A DNA stretch of 64,000 nt from Octopus sinensis (taxonomy: Eukaryota), in assembly GCF_006345805.1 (NCBI RefSeq), contig NC_043001.1, positions 97,092,001 to 97,156,000 of the forward strand, given 5' to 3'. This document shows positions 38,104-52,402 of the stretch, one piece after another (position 1 is the first letter of the stretch; every line of letters starts with the position of its first letter). The notes below the pieces were generated by a model that saw only the letters and a list, made by a program, of their open reading frames with translations, had not been told where the DNA came from and did not search any database. Both the position numbers and the translations under genes were made by a program.

Positions 38104-38439
38104 TGTGACAAAATAAAACAAAGCTAGACGGATAGATGTAGGTGAGTGAGAGAATTAAGCCAAAAATGAGGTTAATGTACACATTCGAAGGGATTTGAGA
38201 AAAGACAAAATATATATTATGTTGTAATAAGATGCATCTTAATATCAATCAAAATACACATTACGCAGTCACATACAGACTCATGTATGCACATTTAAAA
38301 TGCGTGTAGATATTTGAAGACATTTAATTATAAGTACATTACTATCAAGTTAAATTTTTTTTGTATTATTTCATTCCGGTTCCTCATGCTAACAAAAGAA
38401 TTAAAGACTCGCACAAACTGCATGCTATAAATTTTGAGA

Positions 38440-38700
38440 CTTCTTCAGGAGAGACATTTATTAATTTCAATGAAATACACAGTTCCAACCTCCTTCATAT
38501 TTGGATCGTCTGACTTAAATGCCTCCAATGTTAAGTTATCTAGGACCCTTGTCACTGCCTTTGTCATCTTCCTAATGACTTCGAAACAATTGTTCATGAG
38601 GTCCACCTTCAGCTTGGGAAACAAGGAAAAGTCATTGAGAGCAAGGTCTGGACTCTAGGAAGGGCGAAGAACAGTTATGATAACCACCTCTGTCAAGTAG
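38440..38700 (-). mobile_element. Mariner transposase C-terminal remnant
   Basis: LRPS*SPDLALNDFSLFPKLKVDL...TVYFIE corresponds to the HPPYSPDLAPCDFFLFPKLK motif. Confidence 0.8.
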
Positions 38701-39814
38701 CTGGTTACCGGGATGGAATTAAGGAGTTTCTATTCTGCATTTAAGTAGATGACATTTTGTATAGCAGTATATCTTTTAAAGTAGAAGGTTAGAGAATATG
38801 TGTTTGTGCATTTAAAAAATGTATTCATTGTACTGAAAGATCAAAATATGTGTGAAGTTAGAAGCACTTAGAAGGGCATCTATTGAACGAAAAGGACAAA
38901 ATCGAGAGAAATACATATTTCTTAATATGCTAGAATCTTATGTTATTATTTTACAATTTAATATTTCACTTAGTATTTCTTTTTAAAGTTATGTGAAATT
39001 ATGGACTCAACAAATAGGAAAAATACCTAAATTTACCGAATGTGATACTTCAGTGTTTCCCCCACTTTTCTACCTGTAAAGTGTAGATGCCTCCGTTTCA
39101 CTATCTCCTACACGTAACTCTTGCGAAAGTAACATGCGTATATTCAAAATATCTAAATATTTCATATGCCTATTTTGACTGTATCATCAATACACCAAGT
39201 TTAATTACACATCTGTCAATGAGGAAATCAGCGTTCAAAAATTACTACGTTATATTTTTCTGTTACTATGAATAGTCATGTTATGAAATGCAAAACTGTT
39301 TAACATAGTAAACATAATTAGATTACTGGCACAGACTCATGTATGCTATAAAAATTATACACTATACAGTCGCAATTGTCCAATGAGATATAAACATGAT
39401 TTGGGTTTAGTCACGAAGGAAAACATATTTCCTACTTGACTAAAGAGTGTTTGATAATGTGAGTGGTAAGATACGATTCTCCTGAAATCGGTTTAGTGTC
39501 TCACTGAATCATTTCGTCATATAATTTTGTGAAATGTTTTCAGATGTTTCTAGAAAATAATATTATTTATCATAGACATATTATTGTTATGTAACGCTCC
39601 AAACGCAGACAAACTAAACCACATATCTACTTGATCGGTGTAGATAATTTGAGAACAGAATGTTTTTAAATTACATATAAATTCTTGAGTTCCCCATGTG
39701 CCCAGTAATATTCTTGGCGGCAGAGTTGGTTTTTTGGCTTTGTAACTATGGAGTTGATAAAATAAACGCCAGTATTATAACAAGAATAAGTTGATTTATT
39801 TGCAAATATAATCT

Positions 39815-39853
<39 letters not shown>

Positions 39854-41494
39854 TATTATTATTATTATTATTATTGTTATTATTATTATTATTTTGTTTT
39901 TTCACTGAAGTTGGCCTTTCACCGACATCAGACAAAATGAAGATTTCTATCTTTTCATAAAAAGAAATAAAAAAATAAGTTGGCATCCATCACCGCCGAT
40001 AATATTACCAACCAACAACAATAGCAAGAACAACTTAACTAAAGAAATATAAACTACACAAGCATAACTACAACTACTAAAGTAACTTATGAATATGCCT
40101 GACTAGATAACACCATCACTGTAATTAATATGTCACATTGTTAATTCCAGTCAAGTATTATTCTTCAAGTCACAGAATAAATATATATTATCTTTAATAT
40201 TCATCTTCAAAAATTGTTATTATCGCTAGACATCATAAATATCCGTCTAGATCATTTAGGATTGTAACAATCTGAAAGATTTCTATGTTTAGTAATTACT
40301 GAATTCTCACACTTCACTTGGTGTATATTTTAATTTATCTCACTTACCACACTTATGGCATGACTCGGTTGCTTTAATCCTTGATATTACAGGAAATAAG
40401 GTGTACTTCATTTGGAAGAATTGCAGAACACCGGAATAAAGTTTTTAAAGTTTACAAATTTTGTCACTACAATATGAGTTCAAAGCTCGGCGTGGCTGAC
40501 GTTGCCACTCATTCGTTCATGACAGTCAGATAATACAGAAACAAACTTATTTTACTATTCTATTGTATATTATTAATTCGGGTGTATATAGCTTCCTTTC
40601 ATGAATTGCCCTTGCACATTATCAAAATTAATAATTATTATTTATGTGTTTCATATATAATCCAATCACCTTATATAATAAAATACCACAGTACCGGAAT
40701 ATTTGCATTGCAGTTTCTTCCATTTATGTTCTCATTTAATTTCTTACCGAATGGATATTGCATGTTATTCTTCCTTGTTCAATAAAATAAATTGCGGGTT
40801 TTTAAAGAACGCTTCATTTAATTCATCGTTCGTTCTCAATAAATTTCTTTCGTTTTCACAATATGAGAAACCAACAATATGAAAGGGTTTTGCCTTGTTT
40901 ATATTGAATATATTTCCAACATATCTATTATGTGCATGAACAGTTCCTCCACCATGACTTTTAATCACTCAGTTCTAGATCGTGCATAATTTACTTCCGT
41001 ATTAATCTTCGCGGGGTGTGATTATTAACCATTATAATATATTCATCATTACTAAAATCATGTTTCTAAAAACAAATACGAGAAACAAGTTAGCAAATAT
41101 CATGCTGACAATACAAACCAATAGAATTTAATGCAACCTTTCAAGTAATGCTAATTTGTAATGGATATGATAATTGCTAGATCAAACTCGAAGATAATAT
41201 ATAATTTAATATTGTAGCGCGCTGTGAATGTTATAGAAATAAATATAAGTGGGATAGAAACAAACACATAAGCAAACGCTTACGCAGATACACGCTAATA
41301 CACAACGGTGAAGACTCCCTAAAAGCATACAAAGAGAATAATATGTAGAAAATGCGAACGACAAGATTGATATTGTTGCGTAATTGGGGTGGGTGATATA
41401 CACACATATACTTATACACACGCGCACGCACACGTACATATACACGGACACACATATACGAACTCACACACATGAAGTTTTTAAAATATGTATT

Positions 41495-41722
41495 TCTTTA
41501 CTACCCACAAGGGGTTAAACACAGAGGGGATAAACAAGGACAGACAAACGGATTAAGTCGATTACATCGACTCCAGTGCGTAACTGGTACTTAATTTATC
41601 GACCCCGAAAGGATGAAAGGCAAAGTCGACCTCGGCGGAATTTGAACTCAGAACGTAGCGACAGACGAAATACGGCTACGCATTTCGCCCGGCGTGCTAA
41701 CGTTTCTGCCAGCTCGCCGCCT
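41495..41722 (-). mobile_element. SINE family B (clearest copy)
   Basis: GGCGGCGAGCTGGCAGAAACGTTAGCACGCCGGGCGAAATGC...GAGTTCAAATTCCGCCGAGGTCGACTTTGCCTTTCATCCTTTCGGGGTCGATAAATTAAGTACCAG (B-box GAGTTCAAATTCC). Confidence 0.9.
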
Positions 41723-44496
41723 TTTATGAATTTTTAAAAATATATCGGACACAAATTTCAGCTATACTCGGTCGTTCGTCCTTTATAAATAAGTCTAAAA
41801 CAGGTTCTCACGTATTAAAAGACGAAAACACACTAGATAATACATCTCGGGATGCATACTTCGCTTCCCCAAACCTAGCTCCGATTATGGCTTCAAAGTA
41901 TTAGATCACACCTCAAACGAGTCAGGGCTTGCATTGAAGAAACCACGATAACAAAACTGATAGGATTTCATTAAGGCAAGCTAAAAGCAAATATTAGCTG
42001 CAACTATCAACTCACAATAACTCAGATACAAATTATGGAAAATTTAATGGCGCCAACTAGAATCGCACCTCCAATATTTGATAAAGAGAAATTACGCACA
42101 ACAGAAAACGTAAGTGTGAATACAGAAATAGATTTTGTTCTGTAAATATTAATGGATGGAGGATAAATATATTAATGTTCGGAGAACGTACATCAAATGT
42201 TGAATGATATTCAAAAGACTGTAGAAAAAACCGGAAAATATAACTTGAAAGAAATATGAAACGAAGATTACGAACGTAATATGGAACACGTTTATACAGA
42301 TGGAAAATTGCAAAGCTCAAATGTGTAATTTAGACAGAAGGTTATATATTTTATGAACTGTAAATACATGCCTTAATAGCGAAGTAAATAATAAAAATAG
42401 AAGGAAACGGTCATTAAGTGTGATAGGTGGGGTCACGGATAACATTGTGGCTAAGCAGAACTGAGCTGAGTCTTGAGAAGATTCTGAGGTGGTTGCAGGG
42501 AAACAAGTATGAGAAGAGAAGATAATGACCAAAATATTGAAATAAGATATATTATTCAAAGATGTCAAATTTCTGGCGTGTTGATTTTGTAAGTTATTCT
42601 TTTTAAATATTACAAAGAACATTAGCAAAGGATACAAGAAAATATGGCAAGCTTCTGAAATATGCTGACATAATTGCAAATATTCTAGAAGTAGTCTGAT
42701 GATCATGGTGGTTAGAACGCTCAGATGTCTTTTCAGTTCAAATCTTGTGCAATCCACGGAAGGCTATTCACTTATGTTTGGAGTATTGTTGACTGCATAA
42801 ATGATTCCAATTATGGCACACAACCACTATTTTAGCGGAGAGTAGTTTAGTCGTGTAAATTGACAATAATACTTGTGTTGTCGACTACGAAATGATGAAA
42901 GGCAAATTTAATCTCGGCAAATTTTGAGCACAGAATATAAAACGCCAGAAACTCTGCAGCTAAGCATTTTTTCTCAGCGCGCTCAGGATTCTACTTGTTC
43001 ACTGTTGTCTGCGATAAAGAATGAATTGCAATTAATAGGTTTCGGAATGCAGGATTAAAAGATAGCACAAGATTATGACTATGTTCACGACTTTGTATTG
43101 ATTATAGAAACTACAGATGAAATAAAACAAATATTCAATTGTTTAAGAAAAACTATTCGTCTGGTTATTTGCTGTTCTATGAAAAATAGCATAAATATAA
43201 ATTGTCCAAACCCATTGATTTGTACTACATAAGGTGAAATATTAAAATGTACCGATCACTTTCGGTATGTAATGATTCTAGTTGGAAGTAATAAATCACG
43301 AGTTTGATTTGGGGAAGAAACTAAATAAATACAATAAGTGGGAATATTAAACAAGGAGAGAACGATCCATCCAACGAATGTCCACAATATTTCTATTCTG
43401 CCAAACAAATATCACTGAAAAAGCTTGGGATAACCTGATGTTTTGTTGGAAGGCGTATTCTATGTGGCAGCGCATTCGGAAAGAACTCGAAATACCGTAT
43501 GTTTCAAAGAAACATACTCAAACATAATCATAACTACACACAATAGTTCACAAGTGAAAAAAATATTTAAGGTTAGTTAATAAATGTAATAAAAATATTT
43601 ACACTTGATTCCGAATGGTAGGCAGGACACAACGCAGCAAATATTTTCACAAGAATCTCTTTTTTATATATTAAATGTTGAAAATTTATAATAAATATTG
43701 TGTAAGATCTATGTGATCATTTTTTTTTATTGAATCATGATTATAACACATTAGCTTTGCTAACATTTAACCATAGATGAAAGAGTTGATTCTTAAAACG
43801 CTTGAGAGAATTTAGAAAGATATTTCTACAGAATAACAAAGGAAAACTTCAGAACCTTTCAATCAAGCATGAATATTCTACGAATTAATGTAGGAACGCA
43901 GAGAAACCTGACAAGTACTTTTAGTTAATTTTGATTCACTAAACACGGGGGTTAGACTGTGAATTTTCAAGAAAAATTAAAGACAACCGATCAGTACAGA
44001 GTATGACCGTAAATATACTGAAGTATATAGACATATGTTTTTCTCATTTGACATGTGAAATATATTTCAAGTCAAATAAGAAAGAAATCACATCCTTCTT
44101 TTCAAGAAATTCGGTTTGATCAGATAAGCACGTACACACACGTACATACATATAAAGCATATGTGATTATGTATATAATGATAAATATGTGCATACGTAT
44201 GTGCATACAAATACACAGAATAGTACAAACATACTATACGTAAATTAATAAATGGATATATATGAATATTTTGGAATTCGGGGGGAGAATTTATGGGTGC
44301 GTGTTAATGTATATGCATAATGTATTTTGGCAATGTTTGTAGCATGTTAATGTTGAGTTTCTCTAAATATATTCAGAAAATATTACATGACAAAAAGAGC
44401 AACTCAATTTGTCTGTAAGTGAATGAGTTTAGATGGCGTTGGGAGTATGATTCTAAAATGAACGATATCGATGTTGTGATAATTAATATTTGTTTG

Positions 44497-44551
<55 letters not shown>

Positions 44552-46638
44552 GGCATTCGGTGGCGCAGAGGTATCTTGGTAATGGCTTGTTTCCATTGCA
44601 TACACTGTGGAGTAAGGTAAGGAAAAAAACATAGATACAAGGCCATATCGAGCTGCAGTTTTAGATGTGACGGACAACATAAATGGCCATCTTCACAGAA
44701 ATTGGGATAGAATGTAATTAACAGATTTAGAGAGTACAGCGCAGTTTCTGGGTTCAACCCGCTGCATACCATCATTTTAATACATGTATATATGTATGTG
44801 TGTGTTTGTTTGTGTATATATATTAAACTGGTAAGAGTAGATATTAGACCTTGATCTTAGCCATAATGCAAATTGAAAATTGAAAATAACAAGTAACAAA
44901 ACAACGAACGTCAAAAGGACGTACACGTAGAATGCATTAAGTTGAGGTTCAGTATAAGATGGCAAAAAGGGTGGATGCATAACACTTCGAGCATGGCTCT
45001 TCGTGAGAAAGGAACCATGCTAGAAACGTTATACACCCACTCTGTTTACGTCAGAAAGAGGTGTCGGCAAAGTTTCGGAGAAGAGGAAAAAGGGGAGGAA
45101 AAATATAAGAGAGTGGGTAGAGGTACATATGAAGACAATTGACATTTCGAAAGTAGAATACATTTGTACACAAAGACGTTTTCATATATATCAAAATGTT
45201 TTCATCCGATTGCTTTCTCCGTGAGACTGCTTTCAACCTTTCACCAATACCAAAAATAGAATTAGATAGCAAAGGCTGTCAAGAAGATATGGACTGTAGT
45301 TACCGTTTCTTTTTCGCGCTTACGCATACATACATAAATATAGAAGCATAGCGGATCTCATAGACAGAAACAGATACAGAAAGGCAATGCAAACATGGAG
45401 ACATGTTTTTGAATACTAATACACGTACATATAGATACTGGTACATAGATTGATAATTACATGGAATTTCGCCTGTCTTTTTGATCCAAGATAATTCTAT
45501 ACATGGAAAGGGATCATTATATGAATCAACTAATGGATATAATTCTAAACAAATTGTTGTCTTTATATGCTTTTAATATATTATGATATATTATAATATA
45601 ATATAATATAATATAATATATAATATATTGTATCTTTATAGTATAATGAATTTAATTAAATTGTTACTTTGTCAAATGCATTCCTTTATTTCATATATGC
45701 ATGTGTGTGTATGTGTGTGTTTGATTATTATTATGAGCATAATTTCACGTAAAATGATATGTTTTATATGGTATATTTTTATTCGCCTATTCTTTGACAC
45801 GCATTCATAAGATGTGTATATGTGCATGCAATTTGTTCGTTCCAGAAGCACGATGAATCATTTGAATTCCAGTGTTTAAGGCCAGGCGAATTACGTTTAG
45901 CAATAAATTCCTCTTACATAGTTTTACTCGAGTGTCTATACATTTATACAACATTCTCTAAACTTATATACATATGTGCTTACCTATGTGTGTTTACTTT
46001 CGCTCAGTATTATATACGCTGTTATAATATATCCGTAAACGTTATTTATATTAAGTAAATATTATACGCTTCTCATTAAGCGTATAGATTTATTATTTAA
46101 AAGGTTAGTAATATTATAATTCAACAAAAACATTAATGATTCTACGGTTGTTAAATTAATTATTTATATACAAGATTACTATTGCCATTGTTATTATTAT
46201 TATTCAACGCTCAAGATTAGAACACTTCTTAAGTTTTGCTATTTGAAAAGATATAACCTTGATAATTCCAAGCTATATAATTTTCGTACATTAAAGAAAT
46301 AATTCAAAATAATAAATTATTAAAGTCATAATTAAAAATAGCAAATATAATAGAACAAAACAGCGGCAATGCTTAAAATTTGTAGTAAACAGTTTTGCCA
46401 AATGATATAATAAAAAAAAAGATAAGAAGAGCAAATAGATAAAAACACGTATTTCTGTATTATCTACAGTTTCGACTTCGTACTAAAGACTCTAAATTTC
46501 CATATACATTCATTTTTGCAAGAAAGTTTTATTCTCTCTTCATTTATGTGCTGGTACATATGTGGGTATGTGTTTTCCAATATATGCGTATAGTCTTGCG
46601 CGTATGTGTGTGCGAAGATGTGTATGAGAGTGTGTGCG

Positions 46639-47010
<372 letters not shown>

Positions 47011-47034
47011 GGTAATAATAATAATAATAATAAT

Positions 47035-47068
<34 letters not shown>

Positions 47069-47384
47069 GAAATAATAACGGTAAAAGTAATGTGGACCTC
47101 AAGATTGTGTGTGAATGTGATAATGGTGTTTGTGGTTGTGCGTGTGTGAATGGAGACGAGTGTGTCTAACGTGTATGTGTGTGTATATGTGTTGTTTGTA
47201 GGAGGTGATGTGTGCTTGTTCAGGTGGCGTGTGTACATGTGTATGTATGTTTGTGTGTGTATGTGTCTGTGACCGAATAGTGTGCATGCATATAGTGTAT
47301 ATTTGTGGGCGAGAGTTATCTACGTATGTGCGCAACGATAATAACACTCTATAATCTGTCTTCTGTAAGTGTAACAGCAAATCA

Positions 47385-49080
47385 TATGAATTGACGACGA
47401 TCTACCCCACAGACGTACTCTTTAACTTAAGGATGTGTATCTCACCTCAGATTGACAGTGAAACAGAAGCAAAGATCTCCTTAAATAGGAATATCTTAGA
47501 CCGGTACAACAAAACCACAAAAAACATAATGAGGGGATTCACAAACTCGGCTCATCAGTTGCCAAAGGCCTACGAAAACCGAAACAAGAATATAGGAACA
47601 GGGAATTAGTGGGACACCCTACATGCAAGTCTAGCAGAACTATGCCCAAACCATGCAAAACCTCATCAGTAGTATGTGGAAAGTTGCACCACAGGAACAT
47701 GACAGAGAAGAAAAACTCCTCAATGTACATATGGGAATGTGGTGCAACATATACCAACCCAAGAAACAGACTGCACGCAATTTCCAAGCATGCGACAATT
47801 ATATTCCTAGGCTATATATGTTACGTAAATACCATAAACCCTACATGAATCCCTTATGGGGCCCCAACCCGACCAGTTGCGAAGCGAATATCTCCAGAAA
47901 TTATAGACTATCCTACTTCCTCACACAACTATTACGACCTCTCACTGTAATGTCCCTAGATGTCTGTGCGAGCACGGAGGGTTTCTTCAGTAGAATCCGT
48001 AGTTGTAGTCACTCCAACGACCTCACAGATTTTGCAATGTGTAGTATGGATATAGTTTCACTCTATCCATGTATTGACAGAGGTTTTGCTGTGAAAAAAT
48101 GCATTGAGATTACCTGTGAGCGTGAAGTAAAATTCGGTGAAGTCAACACGCGGCGGTAACTGGGGTTCCTCTTTAAACTGAGCTGTGACGGTAACTATTT
48201 AGACAACCATGACCATAGTGGATTCTATCCCACCAGATTACAAGGAAAATGATCACCTGCCATCATCTCAGCAGTGAAGAGAAGCACCGCAGAGCGCTGG
48301 AGTGGCTGGTCCATATTCACCCAAGACCCCGAGAACAACAATCAGGTGAAAGGAATGATTGCACATGTAATAGGTGCTAGCACAAGAACTACCTTGAAGA
48401 ACCACATAATAAATTTTAACCAGAAACTATGCATGCAGGTTCAAGGTGCCGCCATTGGTGTTGGTGTAGCCGGAGATGTGGCTGGCTTTTTCATGACTTG
48501 GTGGGAGAGAAAACTTAAACAATCCTTACTATAGGTATGTAAACGACTATAGGTATGTAGAAACCGAGAGAAACATAATTGAGAGCTCCAGCATATAGCC
48601 AACTCCATCCACCAAAATATCAAGGTAACTATAGTTTACCCCCACTAGGCACCCCACCAATAGACTCCCCGCCCTTGATACTGAACTTTGGTTAGAGATT
48701 GTGAAAAACACAGTACAGCACCTCCACTCCTATTACATGCAACCCATAGCTTCGAAATATGTTGTTCACAAGAACCCAGCTTTGTCACACAGCGTGAAAA
48801 TCAACATACTGATAACAGATTTACTTAAGATAATGAATAACGTGTCCCCTGAATATGATCAGAAAGATAGGGTTCGGGTATACAGGGGTGCTAGAAAGAA
48901 GTTAGATAACATCATATGTAATGAAACCAGTGGCACCTGCCCTAAATATAGAAGCAAATACTTGAATAGAATACAAAGCGTTTGTGAAAAAGCAAACAAT
49001 GTAAACACGTGGTACAAGACCAACATATACCAAGGACAAGATATATCTGGTAAAATACAGAACAAGGACATTTTTACTTA
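47385..49080 (+). mobile_element. Decayed Penelope-like element RT, Naiad-like (long insertion between RT motifs A and B')
   Basis: One frame runs 47653-48534 with two point stops: IPRLYMLRKYHK...RLSYFLTQLLRPL...SMDIVSLYPCID...KNHIINFNQKLCMQVQGAAIGVGVAGDVAGFFMTWWERKLKQ. Later comes YYMQPIASKYVVHK...NNVSP. Motif A to B' spacing is about 131 codons. Confidence 0.75.
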
Positions 49081-50766
49081 AAATATTGCAGCTAAGGATA
49101 AAAGTTCAAATAAAATATTTAGATTTAGAAAATAGTAGCTTTTATTAAAACTAAAAATTTTATTATAAGTTATTACTTCTATATGTTATTAGTTGTTACT
49201 TTGCATTAAAAGTTTTAAAAATTAACTCAAATTAGTTTTAGTTTTTGCACTTTAAAAAACGTAGTTTTTTTAAATTATTAATAATTAGAAATTTGAAAAT
49301 AGGTAAGAAGAAGTAATAGTAGTACATAATTAGTACAATAATTAGAATAGTACAAAATTAATAATAATAATGATAAAATCTACCTATAACAAATTCACAG
49401 TAGAATTTGCTTGGGTTATAGCTAAATTATTGCCAAGTCTTCACATATTTAGTCTTGACCCAATGCCTATGTGCATGCCGTATATAATATTGTACTTTGC
49501 ATACAACTTTAGCTATACTGGTACTTCAGGCTCTCATTTTAAAATATTCTATTGTGTCAATATTTCAACAAAACGATGATACCTTTTTCTAAATTGTAAT
49601 GTTACTTCGTAATTTAAAATCAAATTAATATTCAAATGTTATCCTCAGCTGCAATATTTAAGTAAAACCTTTCTTGTTCTGCATTTAACCAGATATAATA
49701 ACTTATCCAGAACTTTTCTAAGTGCAGTAAATTGTACTGCACTTTTCCAGGTTTATCTTTTCTCTTGATCGCATTTTTCTGTGATCCAAGTTTTCTCCAG
49801 GCTATGCTACTATGCTAATTACTAATGTGTCAATTAAATATTTTAAGATTTTACCTTATTGCAAATTACCTCAACTATGGTGGTGGCATATATTTTAAAG
49901 CCTTTTATAGAACAATATTCATAAAAAAAGCATGGAACTATATCATCACCCTCATATTTGAGAAACAAACACTCAAATCTTTTCTCTTGTAAAACTTCTT
50001 TCTCGTCTCAGATATTACGGAATATAATTACATGATATAATTGCATTAATTAACATAGATGGCATAATTAAACTAATTGCAAATTGGCAGTGTCATTGAT
50101 CATTTTTTTCCTTATCTCAATGATGCTGTTGACATATATCAAATGTACCCTTATAGAACAATTTTCATAAAATAAGTATATTATCATTCTCAAATTTGAG
50201 AAACAAACACCCATACATTTTTTTCATTTTAAACTTCATTGCATAAAATTGATACCATGAAATTCCTCAAATCGGGCTCTGTCATTTGAGCTTAATTAAA
50301 ATATAGTTTGTTTTTGAATTAAAAAAAAATTAATTATGCTTAAATCCAATTTTTTACCTTACATTTTTTCATAATATTTTACCTCACAACTTTTTTGATA
50401 CAAATTCTTCTTGCATGGGACCGAATCTATGAAATTTGTTATGCTTTCTTTTCTAAACGAAACTAAGATAAACATATTTTGCCTTTAAGTAAAAGAAATT
50501 TATTTAGATCTAAACTTGATTGGAGTCACTACTTACTCGTTTAACTTTCCCAGAAGTTTTAATGTAAACTTTTTTCTGCTGAACCAAATCTCAATTTGCA
50601 AATATGTAAATAGGGACCAGTCCCCTTCAAAAATGCAACAGTTTCCAATATGATTAAGAACTGAAATTAGCAACAAAGCTCTGAAGATGCTGCGCGTGAG
50701 TAAATTGTAGCCTTGAGAATATTATTCAACTACTACCATAGATTAATGATACACACACACACACAC

Positions 50767-50828
<62 letters not shown>

Positions 50829-50989
50829 TACGAAAAGAAAATATAAAATACACGTGGAAATGTATGGGTAAAATATGAAAAATCAACGAAAATGCACATT
50901 GCAAATAAAAAAAGGTAATTTATGACAAGTAACGACAAATATATACATTTAGATTGACTGAAGTAGTAATACGAATCATAAAAGTCATT

Positions 50990-51508
50990 ATTATGAGATG
51001 ATTATCAGATGATAATAAAGTAAGAGAACAAAACCATGGTTTACGCGAAGTTATTCATCGTTTCAACAACACCGGTTGATACACGTTGTCAGGGCTAATA
51101 GTTCCTGAGAAGAAAGATTATTTGTAAGGGAGGTAAGTAGTTCTGGATTTAGAGATGTGAGTGGTGTAGGAAGTGTATAGGGGTTAATGGTTTTAATTGA
51201 AGAGTTAGTGGTGTTCTGTATTGAGTTGTGTGTTCAAGTTTAGTTGGGGGAAAATTTATTGATGAAAGATGTCTCTTTATTCAACCTTTGTTGCATTGTG
51301 GTGTTCTGTGAACATTGTTAAAAGGGAAAGATTTGGAAATTGGGATTAAGATTCCTGGCACATCTTTCTATGTGTGCACTCACCTTTAACTGTCTTGTGG
51401 GTGACGGATTTGCTCTTTGTGAATGGTGATTCTTTGACGGAGCGAAATTCCTGTTTGTCCAATATAGAGTTTACCGCATCCTATGCATGTCATGACATAG
51501 ATTACATT
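50990..51508 (-). mobile_element. PLE 3' stump: GIY-YIG endonuclease plus pLTR
   Basis: NVIYVMTCIGCGKLYIGQTGISLRQRITIHKEQIRHP*...FQIFPF...RLNKETSFINKF. The 5' end is cut by (TA)n/(TACA)n. A degenerate hammerhead-like motif lies at about 51050-51095. Confidence 0.85.
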
Positions 51509-51556
<48 letters not shown>

Positions 51557-51621
51557 GTATGTATATGCATACATACATACATAAATACATACATACATAC
51601 ATACATACATACATACATACA

Positions 51622-51654
<33 letters not shown>

Positions 51655-52011
51655 TAGACTATCCGTGATCCGTTGGGTCACAGGAAACGTCTGAATTTCC
51701 CAGCAACGGAGATTTCTTTCGTTTTTTTTTCTTTTCCATGTTATTTCGCACGCTTTCAACGAACGCGTCATCGAAATCACGCGTACAGTTATGCAGAAGT
51801 GTCGTAAGTCCAAAATGTTGCTTTTTCAGTAATCGAAAACATAGTCTCATCATTCCATAGCAAAACCATTGACTATTTTTGATATCTTGGTATCTAAAGA
51901 AGCTAGAGATACGACATTTTGGCCAAGAGAATCGGCTATTGCATGTAAAAATAAATATCGAAAAAAAAATGCATTTGGCAAAATTTGGAATACGACAATT
52001 TAATAGCAACG

Positions 52012-52089
<78 letters not shown>

Positions 52090-52193
52090 TAATGAGGGTA
52101 GAAATTGATATTAATCTATTAAAATCAATTTAAACCAGTGGTCTAGCATATTCGAAAAATCCGAAGGTTTAAACATTATATTACAATTATTAA

Positions 52194-52315
52194 GAGGAAT
52201 GACCACTAAAGTGGAATTCTACACGCTAGAAATAGACTTAAAATCACCTCTTTGAGGTAAGGCGATTTGACGTCTATTTCTAGCGTATCGGATTCCACTT
52301 TAGTGGTCATTCCTC
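52194..52315. repeat. 44-bp-arm inverted repeat with a structured spacer
   Basis: GAGGAATGACCACTAAAGTGGAAT....ACGCTAGAAATAGAC and its reverse complement; the spacer contains ACCTC-TTT-GAGGT. Confidence 0.9.
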
Positions 52316-52333
52316 ATATCAATTGTAATTATA

Positions 52334-52402
<69 letters not shown>

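Noticed and set aside
48157-48252. In-frame stops in the Naiad-like RT as selenocysteine codons (some Naiads encode selenoproteins)
   Set aside because: One stop is TAA, the single TGA sits where Arg is expected rather than Cys, the copy is otherwise decayed, and no SECIS was recognised.
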